64,000 nucleotides of DNA from Octopus sinensis. Its lineage: Eukaryota. Each line of letters begins with the position of its first letter. The first letter of the stretch is position 1. A model generated the notes under the pieces. It worked only from the letters and a program-made list of their open reading frames with translations, was not told the origin of the DNA and did not search any database. The stretch is taken from assembly GCF_006345805.1 (NCBI RefSeq), contig NC_042998.1, forward strand, positions 149,358,001-149,422,000, in the 5' to 3' direction. This document shows positions 11,766 to 25,517 of this stretch, in pieces. A program made the position numbers and the translations under genes.

Positions 11766-12716
11766 AATCAATTTAGGGTAGCAAAAAATCAGTAAAAATT
11801 ATCGCTACCAGCGGCCTAGTGGAAAAGAGAAAATAGTCAAAGACTAAATATGTATGAATATAACAATTTAGGAATGGCCTAAACAGGCCATTCGTCCACC
11901 AGAAAGAGCAGCCAGAACTCCAACCGCCAAGTAGTGTAATTCGGAAATAAGGTGAAAATTTAAAAACATTTACCCTAATTCATCTTTTATACGATGCATC
12001 GTTTCAGTGTCTTTAATGATAGACCAGCTTAATTAAATTAAATTATGGTAGACTAGCTTAATTTAATTTAATTAAGCTGGTCTATCATTAAAGACACTGA
12101 AACGATGCATCGTATAAAAGATGAATTAGGGTAAATGTTTTTAAATTTTCACCTTATTTCCGAATTACACTACTTGGCGGTTGGAGTTCTGGCTGCTCTT
12201 TCTGGTGGACGAATGGCCTGTTTAGGCCATTCCTAAATTGTTATATTTATACATATTTAGTCTTTGACTATTTTCTCTTTTCCACTAGGCCGCTGGTAGC
12301 GATAAATTTTTACTGAATTTTTTGCTACCATAAATTGATTAATTGATAATTTTCTGACTAATTCTGAGATTGAATCGGCAGTTTATATTTGCTGCCGATA
12401 AGTTTGGCGCGAATGCGTTGGTCTTGAAAATTTTAAGACAGATATTCCCGAGGCATTGATACAGTCGCCTCGTGTATATCCGTCTCTCGCAGGTTTCTTT
12501 ACTGATGAAGTGTGACCTATGGTAGACTAGCTTAATTTAATTTAATTAAGCTGGTCTATCATTAAAGACACTGAAACGATGCATCGTATAAAAGATGAAT
12601 TAGGGTAAATGTTTTTAAATTTTCACCTTATTTCCGAATTACACTACTTGGCGGTTGGAGTTCTGGCTGCTCTTTCTGGTGGACGAATGGCCTGTTTAGG
12701 CCATTCCTAATTGTTA
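11766..12716 (+). mobile_element. Non-autonomous Penelope-type / retrozyme-like element: inverted 5' arm plus 474-bp direct repeat
   Basis: 11766-~12044 is the reverse complement of ~12060-12340. 12044-12243 is directly repeated at 12518-12716. There is no ORF, and TA microsatellites flank both sides. Confidence 0.8.
12498..12592 (+). ncRNA. Type I hammerhead ribozyme with extended stem II
   Basis: UUUA-CUGAUGA(12502-12508)-AGUGU...19-bp hairpin...ACACU-GAAA(12573-12576)-CGA-ugca-UC-GUA(12586-12588)/UAAA. All three stems pair and the core is canonical. Confidence 0.9.
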
Positions 12717-12729
12717 TATATATAATTAT

Positions 12730-12793
<64 letters not shown>

Positions 12794-12810
12794 CATATAT
12801 ATATACATAC

Positions 12811-12876
<66 letters not shown>

Positions 12877-13681
12877 GGACATATAAGTACAGTACATCAC
12901 CAACGAGTGAAAAATACGTAAACACATAATGAGAGGCAGGTACAGGACATATATACATACATAAACACACGCACACGCACACATACACACGTGTGTGTGT
13001 ACGTATAATTATTATGTATCCCGATAGGAAGCCACTAAAGTACAGGAAAGGGAGTACGGTTGGACATTTGTTTATTCGCAACAATTGTCTCGACGTAACG
13101 TAGTTCTCCAAAATATACAGATATTTGGTTATGCAACTGTTTGTTTGCATAATGTAATCTAGCTGTGTTTCGTCAGGCGATATACAAGTGTTGTCTCCGT
13201 TACTATAATATCACCGATTTCAAGGCTATCTCCTCTGTTTGTAGTGGTTTGAATTTAGTTGCGGTTAAAATACCCATGGTGCAGGTTGTGAGAGCGTGTT
13301 TGACCGACTGCTATGAAAGGTAGTAGATGGTACAGGCTAACCTTTAAGTGGGATTTCTTCTATTTGGTTGAGTTTCAGATTTGTTCTTCATGGCTGGTGT
13401 CACAGGTAAAATTACTACTCTTACCATTAGTATTTATTGGTCGGATACACACACACATACACACACAAACCTATTTATATATATACCATGTAAACACATA
13501 CATATACCCACATACACATACATTCGCATAGATTGCCGAACACAAGCGTATATACATACTCAAATCTAGGCAACCATATATACATACAAATATGCAAATG
13601 CATACATGAGGTACATATATAAGTACATATATCAACATATACATTTACCCATATATATATATATATATATATAATATATAT

Positions 13682-13715
<34 letters not shown>

Positions 13716-13730
13716 ATATAATATATAGAA

Positions 13731-13765
<35 letters not shown>

Positions 13766-15211
13766 CACGGACACACACACACATATATGCACATACACAT
13801 GCACATCTACACATATACACTTTCGTACCTATGTATAGTAAGTTAATAGAAATATGCACATATATACACAGGCATGCACATATACAGATATAGTCTTTCT
13901 CATTCGCATAATGAACCTCCCTTAATTTTGCTGACATTGCTTTCGAGTTTGGTGTATCAATGCAGTTCTGAATTTTGATTACAATCAACTAATTACTTCA
14001 TCTCGTAAATTAAAGAATCTGATGTTATTTAGAATTAAAGTTGGGAAATTTGGGTAATTTTAGCCAATCAGCAGGCAGCTTGGCATTAGCAGCTGGTTAC
14101 CATGACAACCGCACGAGTTGTGGTTCACTATTGCCTGTGACGCTGTTGTCTATGTTGATTTTTCATACTTGATTCTGCACACCACGGGATTCTTTTCGAC
14201 TGCGTGTTTTGCTTTAATTTTTCTCTTGTGTTAGTATATTGCATATTTTTCTGTGCTTCTGTGTGTTAGTATTTTTTTGTGCTTTTCTACGTGTTACTAG
14301 TTTTACATATTTTGTATTTCATATATTTTTGGGACTCATTGACTCAGATAGCTGGATTTATGATTTCACTAGATTAATTCTATTCATAAAAATTTAAATT
14401 AGAAGTATTTCTTAAGCCTTTAGCTTCGCATTCCAACAGCTTAACTGAAACTTAGCCCATGTGACAGGAACTAAGAGGGATATCGTGGAACAGTGAAACT
14501 GTGGGTGATAATTTGACATTATTTTTGAATTCTGCAAGCAAAAACATTAGTTACGGGTATATTTTCCTTGGGACAAATTCTTTGTTGACCAGTGTTATTC
14601 TTATCGTAGTTTACAAATCCAGACATGAAAACGTTACTCAACTTTGGAGTTTTGGAGACAGATGCCTCCTTTTCACGCACACACACACATGCAAACACAC
14701 ACACTCACACACATGCACTTATATATTAAAGATGTACACAAATACATGACAGGTATGCATAATACTGAAATACGCATGTGTTTACATGCAGACAAATATC
14801 CTAATACAACAAATTTTTTAAAATACAATCAATGAAGAGACAAAAGAAACAGTAAGATGATACATATTGATTTTATTAAGTATTTTCTGTTTATTTAGAA
14901 ATCTACAATGAATAGGTCAGACGCTAAACTATAAATTTCAAAGGGTACTACCTTAAAGTTGAGACCACTTCACTAAACACAGAAAATTTCTGTCTCGCTT
15001 ATTGGCTAAAAATACACGGCTTTTTCGATTTTCAAACCATTATAACATTTTTCTCCAATTTTTTTCTCTACTTCATCACACCTTCAAAGCAATGGGACTG
15101 GAAGGCTACATTATTATAGCCGATTTTCAGATTTTTACTTCCTTTTAAAAAACGCATATTTTGCGAATGAAAAAAATCTAGATTCACATATACATATGCA
15201 CATATATATCA

Positions 15212-15249
<38 letters not shown>

Positions 15250-15765
15250 ATGTATATATATATATATTTTTTTATATATATATGTGTGGTGTGTGTGTGT
15301 ATGTATGTGTGTATATATATATATACATATATGTATGTATGTATATACATATATTTTTACCCACACATTCTTTTGCATACATAGGCGAATATACGCATAT
15401 AATCATAGTCGCACACATACAAATATACGTTTACATAGATATACGCGTATATTCACATTCAATATACACACTTGCGTGTTCGCACATATATCCACGCTTA
15501 CATATACACGTGCATATATAAACTCGTATACACATATGCATGCACTCTCGCTCAGCTACAAGTACACATACAGATATATACTTAGAAATACATTCTCTTG
15601 GACTGTAGACGCGTAGGTGGACACTTGTAATATAAATAGACGATCACTATCCAACTGGGAGTTTGCTGAAATGCTACTTGTTATTTTTCATAATACTAAT
15701 ATTTGACTGTACTGGGTCTAGAGATTGCGTATATATATAAATATATAATATATATATATATATAT

Positions 15766-15813
<48 letters not shown>

Positions 15814-16619
15814 TGTATGTATGTATACGCAAACATACTTATATATATATAGAGAGAGAGAGAGAAAAGAGAAAGAGTAAAAATGCGCCGCTACGAACGG
15901 ACACTTAGGCTGGTTGGAAAAAAAAGTATGATTGCTATTTCAAAGTGTCTAATCTTGAAAATGCATATTTAGCGCAGTGGGGACATCTCAGAATTTTTTC
16001 AGCATGCTTGTTTACTGGCAGGATACATTAGGCTTCCACTAAGCAAAGGTCACATGTGCTGTGCGCTACCCAGCGTATTGCATCGGGTGTGCATTTCATT
16101 TATTTATTATTCTTGACCATCCTATTTGGTATTTGATTTTTCCATCTTTTAATCTCCATATTAGGTCGTCTGTTTACCTTTCGGAATTATGAAATATGGT
16201 TGCGATAACGAACCTTAAATTTGTTTTCCGAGGCACCTATGTTTGCGTGCTTTTGTTGCAGTGTGGTGACTGTAGACTTGTATATTATGCTTTTTTGGCT
16301 CATGAGCGGACATGCGGATTCCTTGCGTCAGGCGCAGTTATTTGCATTATATTTATTTTCGTATTTATTTGGCTCTCTTTTGTTTTCGTTTTTGTAATGT
16401 CCTGTTTTATTTTCAGTGTCTTAGGCTATCTTGGTGTTGCGTTCTTTTTTCTTGATTCATTTTTTGAGTTTTGTTTTGATCTTATTGTAACTGTTGGTGA
16501 CGCTAAATTTTTGTGATTTTCGTTTTGTTTATTTTTGTTACTAGTCTTATATCCTGCGTTGTTTTTATCTGCATGTTCATTGTCTGCAGACGTTGTTTGC
16601 ATTCTTTCATTATTTTATT

Positions 16620-17097
16620 TGTTTCAGTTATTTGACTGCCGCCATGCTGCAGCAACGTTTTTAGTCGAACAAATCGACCCCAGGACTTATTCTTTGTAAA
16701 AAAGAAGAAAGAAATATTTCCTTATTGAGCCATGCCAGGCTCATAAGGGCCGGTTTCCTGGTTTCTGTGGCGTATATATACCCCACCTTGACGGGACGCC
16801 GACCAGGTTGACTCATTTTTGCCAGCTGCTTGGACTGGAGCAACGTGAAATGAAGTGCTTTGCCCAAGAACACAACACATCGCCCGGTCCAGGAATCGAA
16901 ACCACAATCTTACGATCATGAGTTCAACACCCTAACCACTAAGCCACACGCCTCCACATTATTTATAAGCCTAGGACTTATTCTATCAGTCCCTTTTGCT
17001 GAACCGCTAAGTTACAGGGACGTAAGCACATCAATATTGGTTGTCAAAAGATGGTGGGAGGGACAAACACAGACACACAAACATACACTCACACACG

Positions 17098-17131
<34 letters not shown>

Positions 17132-17284
17132 TATACGACGGACTTCCTTCAGTTCTGTCTACTCACAAGTTTTTGGTCGGCCCGAGGCTATAGTAGAAGA
17201 CGCTAGGTCAAGGTGCCACGCAGTGGGACAGAACCCGGTACCATGTAGTTTGTAAGCGAACTGCTTACCACACAGCCACTCCTG
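16620..17284 (-). mobile_element. tRNA-derived SINE family A (full length, internal CA/TA microsatellite)
   Basis: Head reads (rc) ggagtggctgtgtggtaag...ccgggttctgtcccac with A-box and B-box-like motifs. Body and tail match the other family A copies. Confidence 0.85.
16700..16957 (-). mobile_element. tRNA-derived SINE family B nested in family A
   Basis: rc head gtggaggcgtgtggcttagtggttagggtg...gtttcgattcctggacc interrupts the host motif ttctttgtaa|gcctag. A plus-strand relative lies at 53757. Confidence 0.85.
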
Positions 17285-18968
17285 GATGTTTATTTTTCTA
17301 TTGTTCTATTTATGTATGTACAACTCTATGTTGTTAGATGTTGCGTACGATATTTTTACTGTAAGCTTGTTAAATATACGATGATATTTATGTGTTGCAG
17401 AGAAACACTTATTAATGCTGCAAGGAATTGCTTTCGTTTCTTTCTTGAATGATATTTGCTGTCCGAAAATTGGATTATATCACAGGACTTTTGAAATTTT
17501 GTATCTTTTATTTGGTTCCTTCAGCCTATTTTGTGCGTTGTCGTCATTTTGTGTGTCTGTTTTCCTATTATTGTGATTCCTTTGTTATATCTATTTTCTC
17601 CCCACCTTTCTCTTCTTTCTCGTGCTTTTGCATTTTTATTACTATGTGTTTGTTGTTGTCTTCTGCCTTTTGCGTGTATTCTGCCTTAGCTGTGTGCGTG
17701 TTAGTGCTATTTGTGGTTTCGTTAGGTGCGTACTCGATCTTTTCCTTATACCCGCCCTAGCTAGTGCTTCATTGTAGTATGGTGCATGTGTGTTGAATAT
17801 TTTCTCTGTCGCTGATAGTCGTGATATTCTGGTCGCTATGTTCTGAACTATTCTTTAGTTATGGATGATTATGCAACTGTCTTAACCCCATGACGTATTC
17901 TATGTAAGCTTAGTACTTATTCTATCGCTCCCTTTTGCCGAACCGTTAAGTTACGGGGACATAAACACACCACGATCGGTTGTAAAGCGATGGTGGGTGG
18001 ACCATCACTGACACAGACACACACACAAATACACACACACACACACCACACACACACCACACACACACACATATACGACGGACTTCCTTCAGTTCTGTCT
18101 ACTCACAAGTTTTTGGTCGGCCCGAGGCTATAGTAAAGACGCTAGGTCAAGGTGCCACGCAGTGGGACAGAACCCGGTACCATGTAGTTTGTAAGCGAAC
18201 TGCTTACCACACAGCCACTCCTGGATGTTTATTTTTCTATTGTTCTATTTATGTATGTACAACTCTATGTTGTTAGATGTTGCGTACGATATTTTTACTG
18301 TAAGCTTGTTAAATATACGATGATATTTATGTGTTGCAGAGAAACACTTATTTAATGCTGCAAGGAATTGCTTTCGTTTCTTGAATGATATTTGCTGTCC
18401 GAAAATTGGATTATATCACAGGACTTTTGAAATTTTGTATCTTTTATTTGGTTCCTTCAGCCTATTTTGTGCGTTGTCGTCATTTTGTGTGTCTGTTTTC
18501 CTATTATTGTGATTCCTTTGTGTTATATCTATTTTCTCCCCACCTTTCTCTTCTTTCTCGTGCTTTTGCATTTTTATTACTATGTGTTTGTTGTTGTCTT
18601 CTGCCTTTTGCGTGTATTCTGCCTTAGCTGTGTGCGTGTTAGTGCTATTTGTGGTTTCGTTAGGTGCGTACTCGATCTTTTCCTTATACCCGGCCCTAGC
18701 TAGTGCTTCATTGTAGTATGGTGCATGTGTGTTGAATATTTTCTCTGTCGCTGATAGTCGTGATATTCTGGTCGCTATGTTCTGAACTATTCCTTTAGTT
18801 ATGGATGATTATGCAACTGTCTTAACCCCATGACGTATTCTATGTAAGCTTAGTACTTATTCTATCGCTCCCTTTTGCCGAACCGTTAAGTTACGGGGAC
18901 ATAAACACACCACGATCGGTTGTAAAGCGATGGTGGGTGGACCATCACTGACACAGACACACACACAA

Positions 18969-18990
<22 letters not shown>
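17110..18990. repeat. ~939-bp near-identical tandem duplication
   Basis: atatacgacggacttcc occurs at ~17132 and ~18071. The two copies differ mainly by small indels, and the boundaries fall in (CA)n tracts. Confidence 0.95.
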
Positions 18991-19039
<49 letters not shown>

Positions 19040-19205
19040 GAGAGAGAGAGAGTGTGAGGGGGGCTTCTTCCAGCTTTCGTCTACCAAATCCACTCAAAAG
19101 GTTTTAATCGGCCCGAGGCAATAGCACAGAAGACAGTTGCTCAAGGTGCTATGCAGTGGGACTGAACCCGATTGGAAAGCAAGTTCCTTACCACACAGCC
19201 ACGCC
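18840..19205 (-). mobile_element. SINE family A copy
   Basis: Tail block tagtacttattctatc..., then a CA/TA/GA microsatellite, then head ...gggactgaaccc...ccacacagccac. Confidence 0.8.
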
Positions 19206-19421
19206 AGGTGGAGATATGCCTGGATTTAAACAGCCACTTTGATGTGGCGACTGGCTTTACTGTTTAGTAAGGTTAATACTCTAGTCTCTTCCTGAGATAT
19301 TACAACTAGCTATTCATCAATCAAGCTTCCAGTCATCACTACAGTTTCGGCCTATTACACTTGAATCTGTTCAAAATTGTTATGCCCCAAAAATATAAGC
19401 TAAGATACGATTGGGTGGACA

Positions 19422-19534
<113 letters not shown>

Positions 19535-20541
19535 CAGAAGGAAAGGGACATTACAAGTATTATAAATTAGCGGATATGATATAATAAAAATGTTATTAGA
19601 GACTGTAATCGCTTCGAGTTTTCTCATATTAAATTTAATATCTGAATGAAACACACTACCCTATAATTTCAGACAAAATCATTCCCAGAAACTCTCTAAC
19701 AGGACTCAAATACATCACATCTCATATCCTCATCTCAAATATTTGCCACATAGATGTTTAACTGCGCTGTAACCATAGCAGCAAGTTTCGCACTTGTTTC
19801 CCACACAACTCGTCAGACATTTAACCCTGGACAACCAATATCCAACATAAGCCACGGTAGGCTTCGTTGTGTAATCATTGACGTTGTTAATCTCAAAGTG
19901 AAATATAACTGGTTTTCGGTCGTTTCAACTGGTTTGTCTTAAATTACTGCTCATAATATCTAACACTCGTTTTCAACAGCCAACTCTAATACAGAAAACC
20001 TGTGAAAATATTGAAAATGTATAGCACAGCAAAACTAATTTAGAGACGACGTCAGAGGAAGGAGTAAATTTCAGACGTTGCAATTGTTATGTTAGTCATG
20101 AAAATAACCTATTATACCGGCGGCTAACCAAAGTAATTACCATACGGTGTTGCTACTGCTGTAAGATATAGTGAACAACAACAACACGATGACGATGACG
20201 GCGTCGACGACATCAACACACAAACTTACGTTGGAAAGGAGTTTCAACAGGAAACAAAACTAACATATCAAATACTATACATTGCTGAAATATATATATA
20301 CATATACATATATCCTAAGAGAGAGAGAGAGAGAGAGAGAGGGGGGGAGAGAGAGATTGTATTGCTTAAATATACTATATATATATATATACTCACACGC
20401 ACACATATATAAAGGATTTATTTAAACCGATCCAGAGTAGCAGGCTAGTGGACTGTAGTAGGTAACCAAAACTGTATTAGTGTGTGTATATATGCACTAT
20501 GTATGCATGCACAGGCACAGACAGACACACAGACATACACG

Positions 20542-20590
<49 letters not shown>

Positions 20591-21822
20591 ACACACACAC
20601 ACACACAAAGAGAAATACATACTTATAAATACGTTAAGATAGAGGTAGGCATCATAAAATAATACGGAGCGGCTTTAGCTGTTTGTCAGCAGAAAAAGGA
20701 CTGGAATAGTGAAAGGAGTGAAAGGAGTGGTAAAGTGGTAACGATTGAGGTGAGAGTGTAATTTCTACATGTGACAGTTAAGAATTAGTACGGTTGGATG
20801 GAAGCCTAGTAATATCAAATGTGATATCATCAAAAATCAAATATCATAATACCAGAATATTGCTACACCATGAGAAGCACACAACACCGTCTGCATTTTG
20901 GTTTTGGGAATTCAGTTCAACGCATGGCGGTGTCCAAGAGTTTTAGGAGTTAGTTTGATAAAAAGGAAGGTCTCAATGAGAAAAAATAAAAAGCACTGAC
21001 AAACGAACAAGTGGAACATTAAGAATCTATTTGATAGCAGTTAATCACTATTTGGAAGAAAATGTAGAACAAAAGATCTTTTAAATATCGGGGCGGGGGT
21101 CTGAAAAAAATAAAGAATAAAAGAGCAAAGTAAAAACATAATATATGTGCGTGTGTATATGTTTCAGGTCATTCTTAATGCTAATGATAACATGTAACTC
21201 GGTACAAAACGTTGCATGCTCGCACCGACGGTGATTAAGCCGGCAACCCTAACCCTAGCAAATCTGCACAGTAAGTTGGGTGGTTTACGTTGAACAACTT
21301 GCATGACAAAAATTAAGCCTGTCAAAGGACAGGTGAAATCAGTAGAGTTAAAAATAATCCACAGCTGCATTCGAGGAAAAGAAAGATTGTGATCAAACAC
21401 TTCCGACTTCGTTTGCTTCCAATGATGTAGACTACTTCTTTTGGGGAAAATGTGTGTTATTCTGAGACTGCAACTGGTCCAGTGTAAGACCTTTGCTCAT
21501 TTTAAAAGCTCCAGACATAGGGGGTTGCTTGAGTTTTTAACATCTCTATTATATGTTGCATACAATGTCTGACTCTGGCTGAAAAAGACGAAAGATTCAA
21601 TGAAAAACTTCCATGATGGCATAAAGGCATGTGTCAGAGTTAGTAACGAGCTCCTTGAACACCGGATGCAAGAGGCGGCCATCGTTTCCACATCTGTGCG
21701 AAACATTGTAGGTCCCAAGTAGGACTGAAAAACCACATCAGTTGCCTCATGATTTAGAGAACAATCAAGCGTTGGCATTGCTCGATACCGAGCTGTAGCT
21801 ATCATGTATGTATGTATGTATG

Positions 21823-22250
21823 TATTCCTAAGCAGATGCTCTATGGAGAACTTGTGAATGGAAGGAGACTCCGGCAGAAACCAAGGCTGCGATTTAAGGA
21901 CTGTGTTAAGTCCTCGTTAAAGGCCTTTGATATGCAGGACACTGACTGGGAGAACAATGCCTGTCATCGCCAAAGATGGAGGAAGCAGGTCAAGGAGGGG
22001 ATCGACACTTTTGAGAGAGCACGTATCCAGCATGAAGAACTTAGGCGAGCTGTGCGAAAGCGCACGGCTCGTATAGAGAATGGGGAAAGCTTGGTCTGCA
22101 ATGTTTGCAGTCGTGTGTGCTTGTCAAGAGCAGGGCTCATTAGCCACCAACGGAGCCGCAAATGCAAAATATAAGTTAGTCCTAGAGCGCACAATGTTCC
22201 TGAAGGTCGGCAATGGTCTTCCTCGGTCACGAGTGGACGGCCATCATCAT
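21823..22250 (+). mobile_element. 5'-truncated RTE LINE 3' end with C2H2-like finger
   Basis: IPKQMLYGELVNGRRLRQKPRLRFKDCVKSSLK...CNVCSRVCLSRAGLISHQR is uninterrupted. It has a (CAT)n tail and atcatgtatgtatg... on both flanks. Confidence 0.9.
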
Positions 22251-22718
22251 GTATGTATGTATGTATGTATGTATGTATGTATGTATGTATGTATGTATGT
22301 ATGTATGTATGTGTACGTGTATGTATGCTATGCATGTATGTTATGGATGTTACGTATGTATTGACTTTTCTTTGTGTTTTATTTAATTTTTCTAGAGAGT
22401 TCAAGCTGGTGGCTAACAAACCGGCAAGACATTTGGAGTTAAGAGAGTTCCCGGTATTTGTAAATAAAAGACTGAGTTATGTGTTGGTTGAATTGTCAAT
22501 ATATACACCCAAGAGTGTGCAACTGTTCACCTATAAACTCTGAGAGTGAATATATTTGGAATGTCTTATATATTTTTATTGTGCCATTCAATAGACTGGA
22601 TTTGGAAAATCTGTGTCAGTTTCTTTTGCTCTTTCTCCGCGATATGTATGCATGTGCGTATGTACGTATGTATGTATGTATGTATGTATGTATGTATGTA
22701 TGTATGTATGTATGTATG

Positions 22719-22749
<31 letters not shown>

Positions 22750-23329
22750 GTATGCATGTGCGTGTGTGCGTATGTGTGTGCATGTATGTTGTACTTATGT
22801 ATATATGTGTGTCTGTATTTGTGTATGTTTGTGTCTGTATATATGTAATAAACAAGTATATATTTCCAGTCTATGGCTATTTGCTGATTATTGAGTTCCC
22901 ATAACACATTGGTCATAGATCTCATTATTCTGCCATCAGTTGGCGGGTGGGTGAGACTCCCTGCAAAAGCGAAAGAAAAAAACTGCTTAGTTTCAATAAT
23001 TTGATTTATGCCATGTGATGCATATCTGTGCATGTATATATCTCGTCGTCATTCGCTCACAGACACAAACACACAAACTCATGAGCACGCGTATATATTA
23101 GTTTGAACGTGTGCATAAGTGTAAACGTATAAATATATAGTATGCTTCTATTTATGCGTGTTTGTGTGTGTGTCTATGTATGTGTATTTGTGTATGTATG
23201 CGTGTATATGTATATTTGCATACCTACATGTGTGTATGTATATATGTGTCCAAATACGTATAAAGTACGTGCCTTAATATATTAGTACATAATGCGCTAT
23301 ATCATAACACATCATGTCGGATTGTATCA

Positions 23330-23372
23330 TATATATATATATATATATATATATTATTATATGTATATATAC

Positions 23373-23404
<32 letters not shown>

Positions 23405-23522
23405 TTAATACCATATATATATATATATATATATACACATTATAGATATAGATATATAACATATACATATACATATATACATACATATATATAATATATA
23501 TATATAATATATATATATGCAC

Positions 23523-23557
<35 letters not shown>

Positions 23558-23577
23558 GATATAGATATATATACATA

Positions 23578-23636
<59 letters not shown>

Positions 23637-23642
23637 TATTAC

Positions 23643-23675
<33 letters not shown>

Positions 23676-23693
23676 ACATATTATACATAATAT

Positions 23694-23727
<34 letters not shown>

Positions 23728-23870
23728 ATATATATATGTATATATATATATATTATATATATATATGTATGTATGTATGTATGTATGAATATATAGATAT
23801 TGATATATTGATATATTTCTACTGCATATGTATAATATATATAATATAAAATATATACACCAATATACAT
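23330..23870. repeat. Complex (TA)n-derived low-complexity array
   Basis: Direct observation. Similar arrays occur at 12715-12880, 24950-25415, 45830-46185 and 47440-48620. Confidence 0.95.
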
Positions 23871-24975
23871 CAATATGCAGTTTTATATAATGTAATAACC
23901 AATATAGGAACGAATTGTACCAGACGAATTATCCAAGAACTCTAGCAACACCGATGCCTCAAGCTCCGCTTTATTTTCCAACTACGTTCCCTTTTATTGT
24001 AATTCCAGAATATTGGTTGTGTATTCCAATAAACCATCCATTTATTACTCAAACACTACAAATTATATATTGTCTCTTATTCTGGGTGAGAGTGTGCTTG
24101 CTGCACAAGTTGGCGGTTTGGTTGGTCGGTTTGTTGGTTGGTTGGTTGGTTGGTTGGTTGGTTGGTAAAGCTTGCTTCCAAGCTACGTGGTTCAAGGTCC
24201 AGTCCCACTGCGTGATATCTCGAGCTGACCAAATTACCTTTCTTAGAATTCAATGTACATTTGCTTCAGAATAAGCTTTGAGTGTAGATTGATGCTTGTG
24301 TATCAGCTTATAGTTTCCCCGGAGCTTCAAAACTGAAGCCAGGTTCTTTTCTAAGGCCTAAAGAAGCGATGCAGTGAGGCACAAGCAGTGAGCTGTGAAT
24401 GCACTGCAACGCGTAGTAGAAACAGCTGTAAGCTAATGAAGTTCATCGCACGATTTGCAGTTCCTTTTTCACTTCTTAAATTGCATATATATACACACAC
24501 ACATATACATACATATATATACACATACGTACATATATACATATACATATATATCTATATATATATATGTATGTGTGTGTATATATATATATATATATTA
24601 TTTGAAATGAGGCATTGACACAAATAGGCCATTGGTGTACTTTTAACCATATTCTGTAATAGCTGTGGAATTCTTATATTCTGCAAAACACACACACACA
24701 TAATATACGAGCGAACGTTACCATTAGTCCAGAGGGTTATGTCTATAGATTTGATAAATCTTTTAAATGTTTCCGAAAGTCTTAAACCTGTCAATAACGT
24801 TGCTATAGGCTTTGGGAATTTATTATATTTCTTCGGCAAAAAAAACCAGCTTATTTATGGAAACTACTACTACGGTTTTATCAGTACATTCAATTATATA
24901 TAAATGAATACCTATTTACGCATCAAATGTATATATATGTATTGTTATATATATAATATATAATATATATATATA

Positions 24976-25050
<75 letters not shown>

Positions 25051-25070
25051 TATCTATATATATATATATA

Positions 25071-25104
<34 letters not shown>

Positions 25105-25172
25105 TTTATCAGTACATTCAATTATATATAAATGAATACCTATTTACGCATCAAATGTATATATATGTATTG

Positions 25173-25405
<233 letters not shown>

Positions 25406-25517
25406 ATATATATAAACTGTTCTCACCTAAATGTAGTCACATGAAACTTGAGACAGGAGAAAACGAAATAACCTTGATATATACATAAATGCATACACTT
25501 ACATATACATACATATA

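Larger units (their letters stand above)
15950..17890 (-). pseudogene. Penelope-like element ORF remnant (RT C-terminus, linker, GIY-YIG endonuclease), interrupted by SINEs
   Basis: Minus-strand translation gives IATRISRLSATEKIFNTHAPYYNEALARAGY (~17760-17860), HKYHRIFNKLTVKISYAT (~17330-17400), CPL...SIIYKSTVTT...IGASENKFKVRYRNHIS (~16190-16320) and DLCLVE (~16035), typical of Penelope-like ORFs. Confidence 0.75.

Noticed and set aside
13020-13400. Possible decayed APE endonuclease on the minus strand
   Set aside because: Only vague motif resemblance, not enough to call.
21245-21262. Telomeric CCCTAA repeats
   Set aside because: Only about two units are present, which is expected by chance.
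21160-21800. DYFFWG-like Tc1 motif at ~21425-21450
   Set aside because: Flanking frames gave no further transposase motifs.
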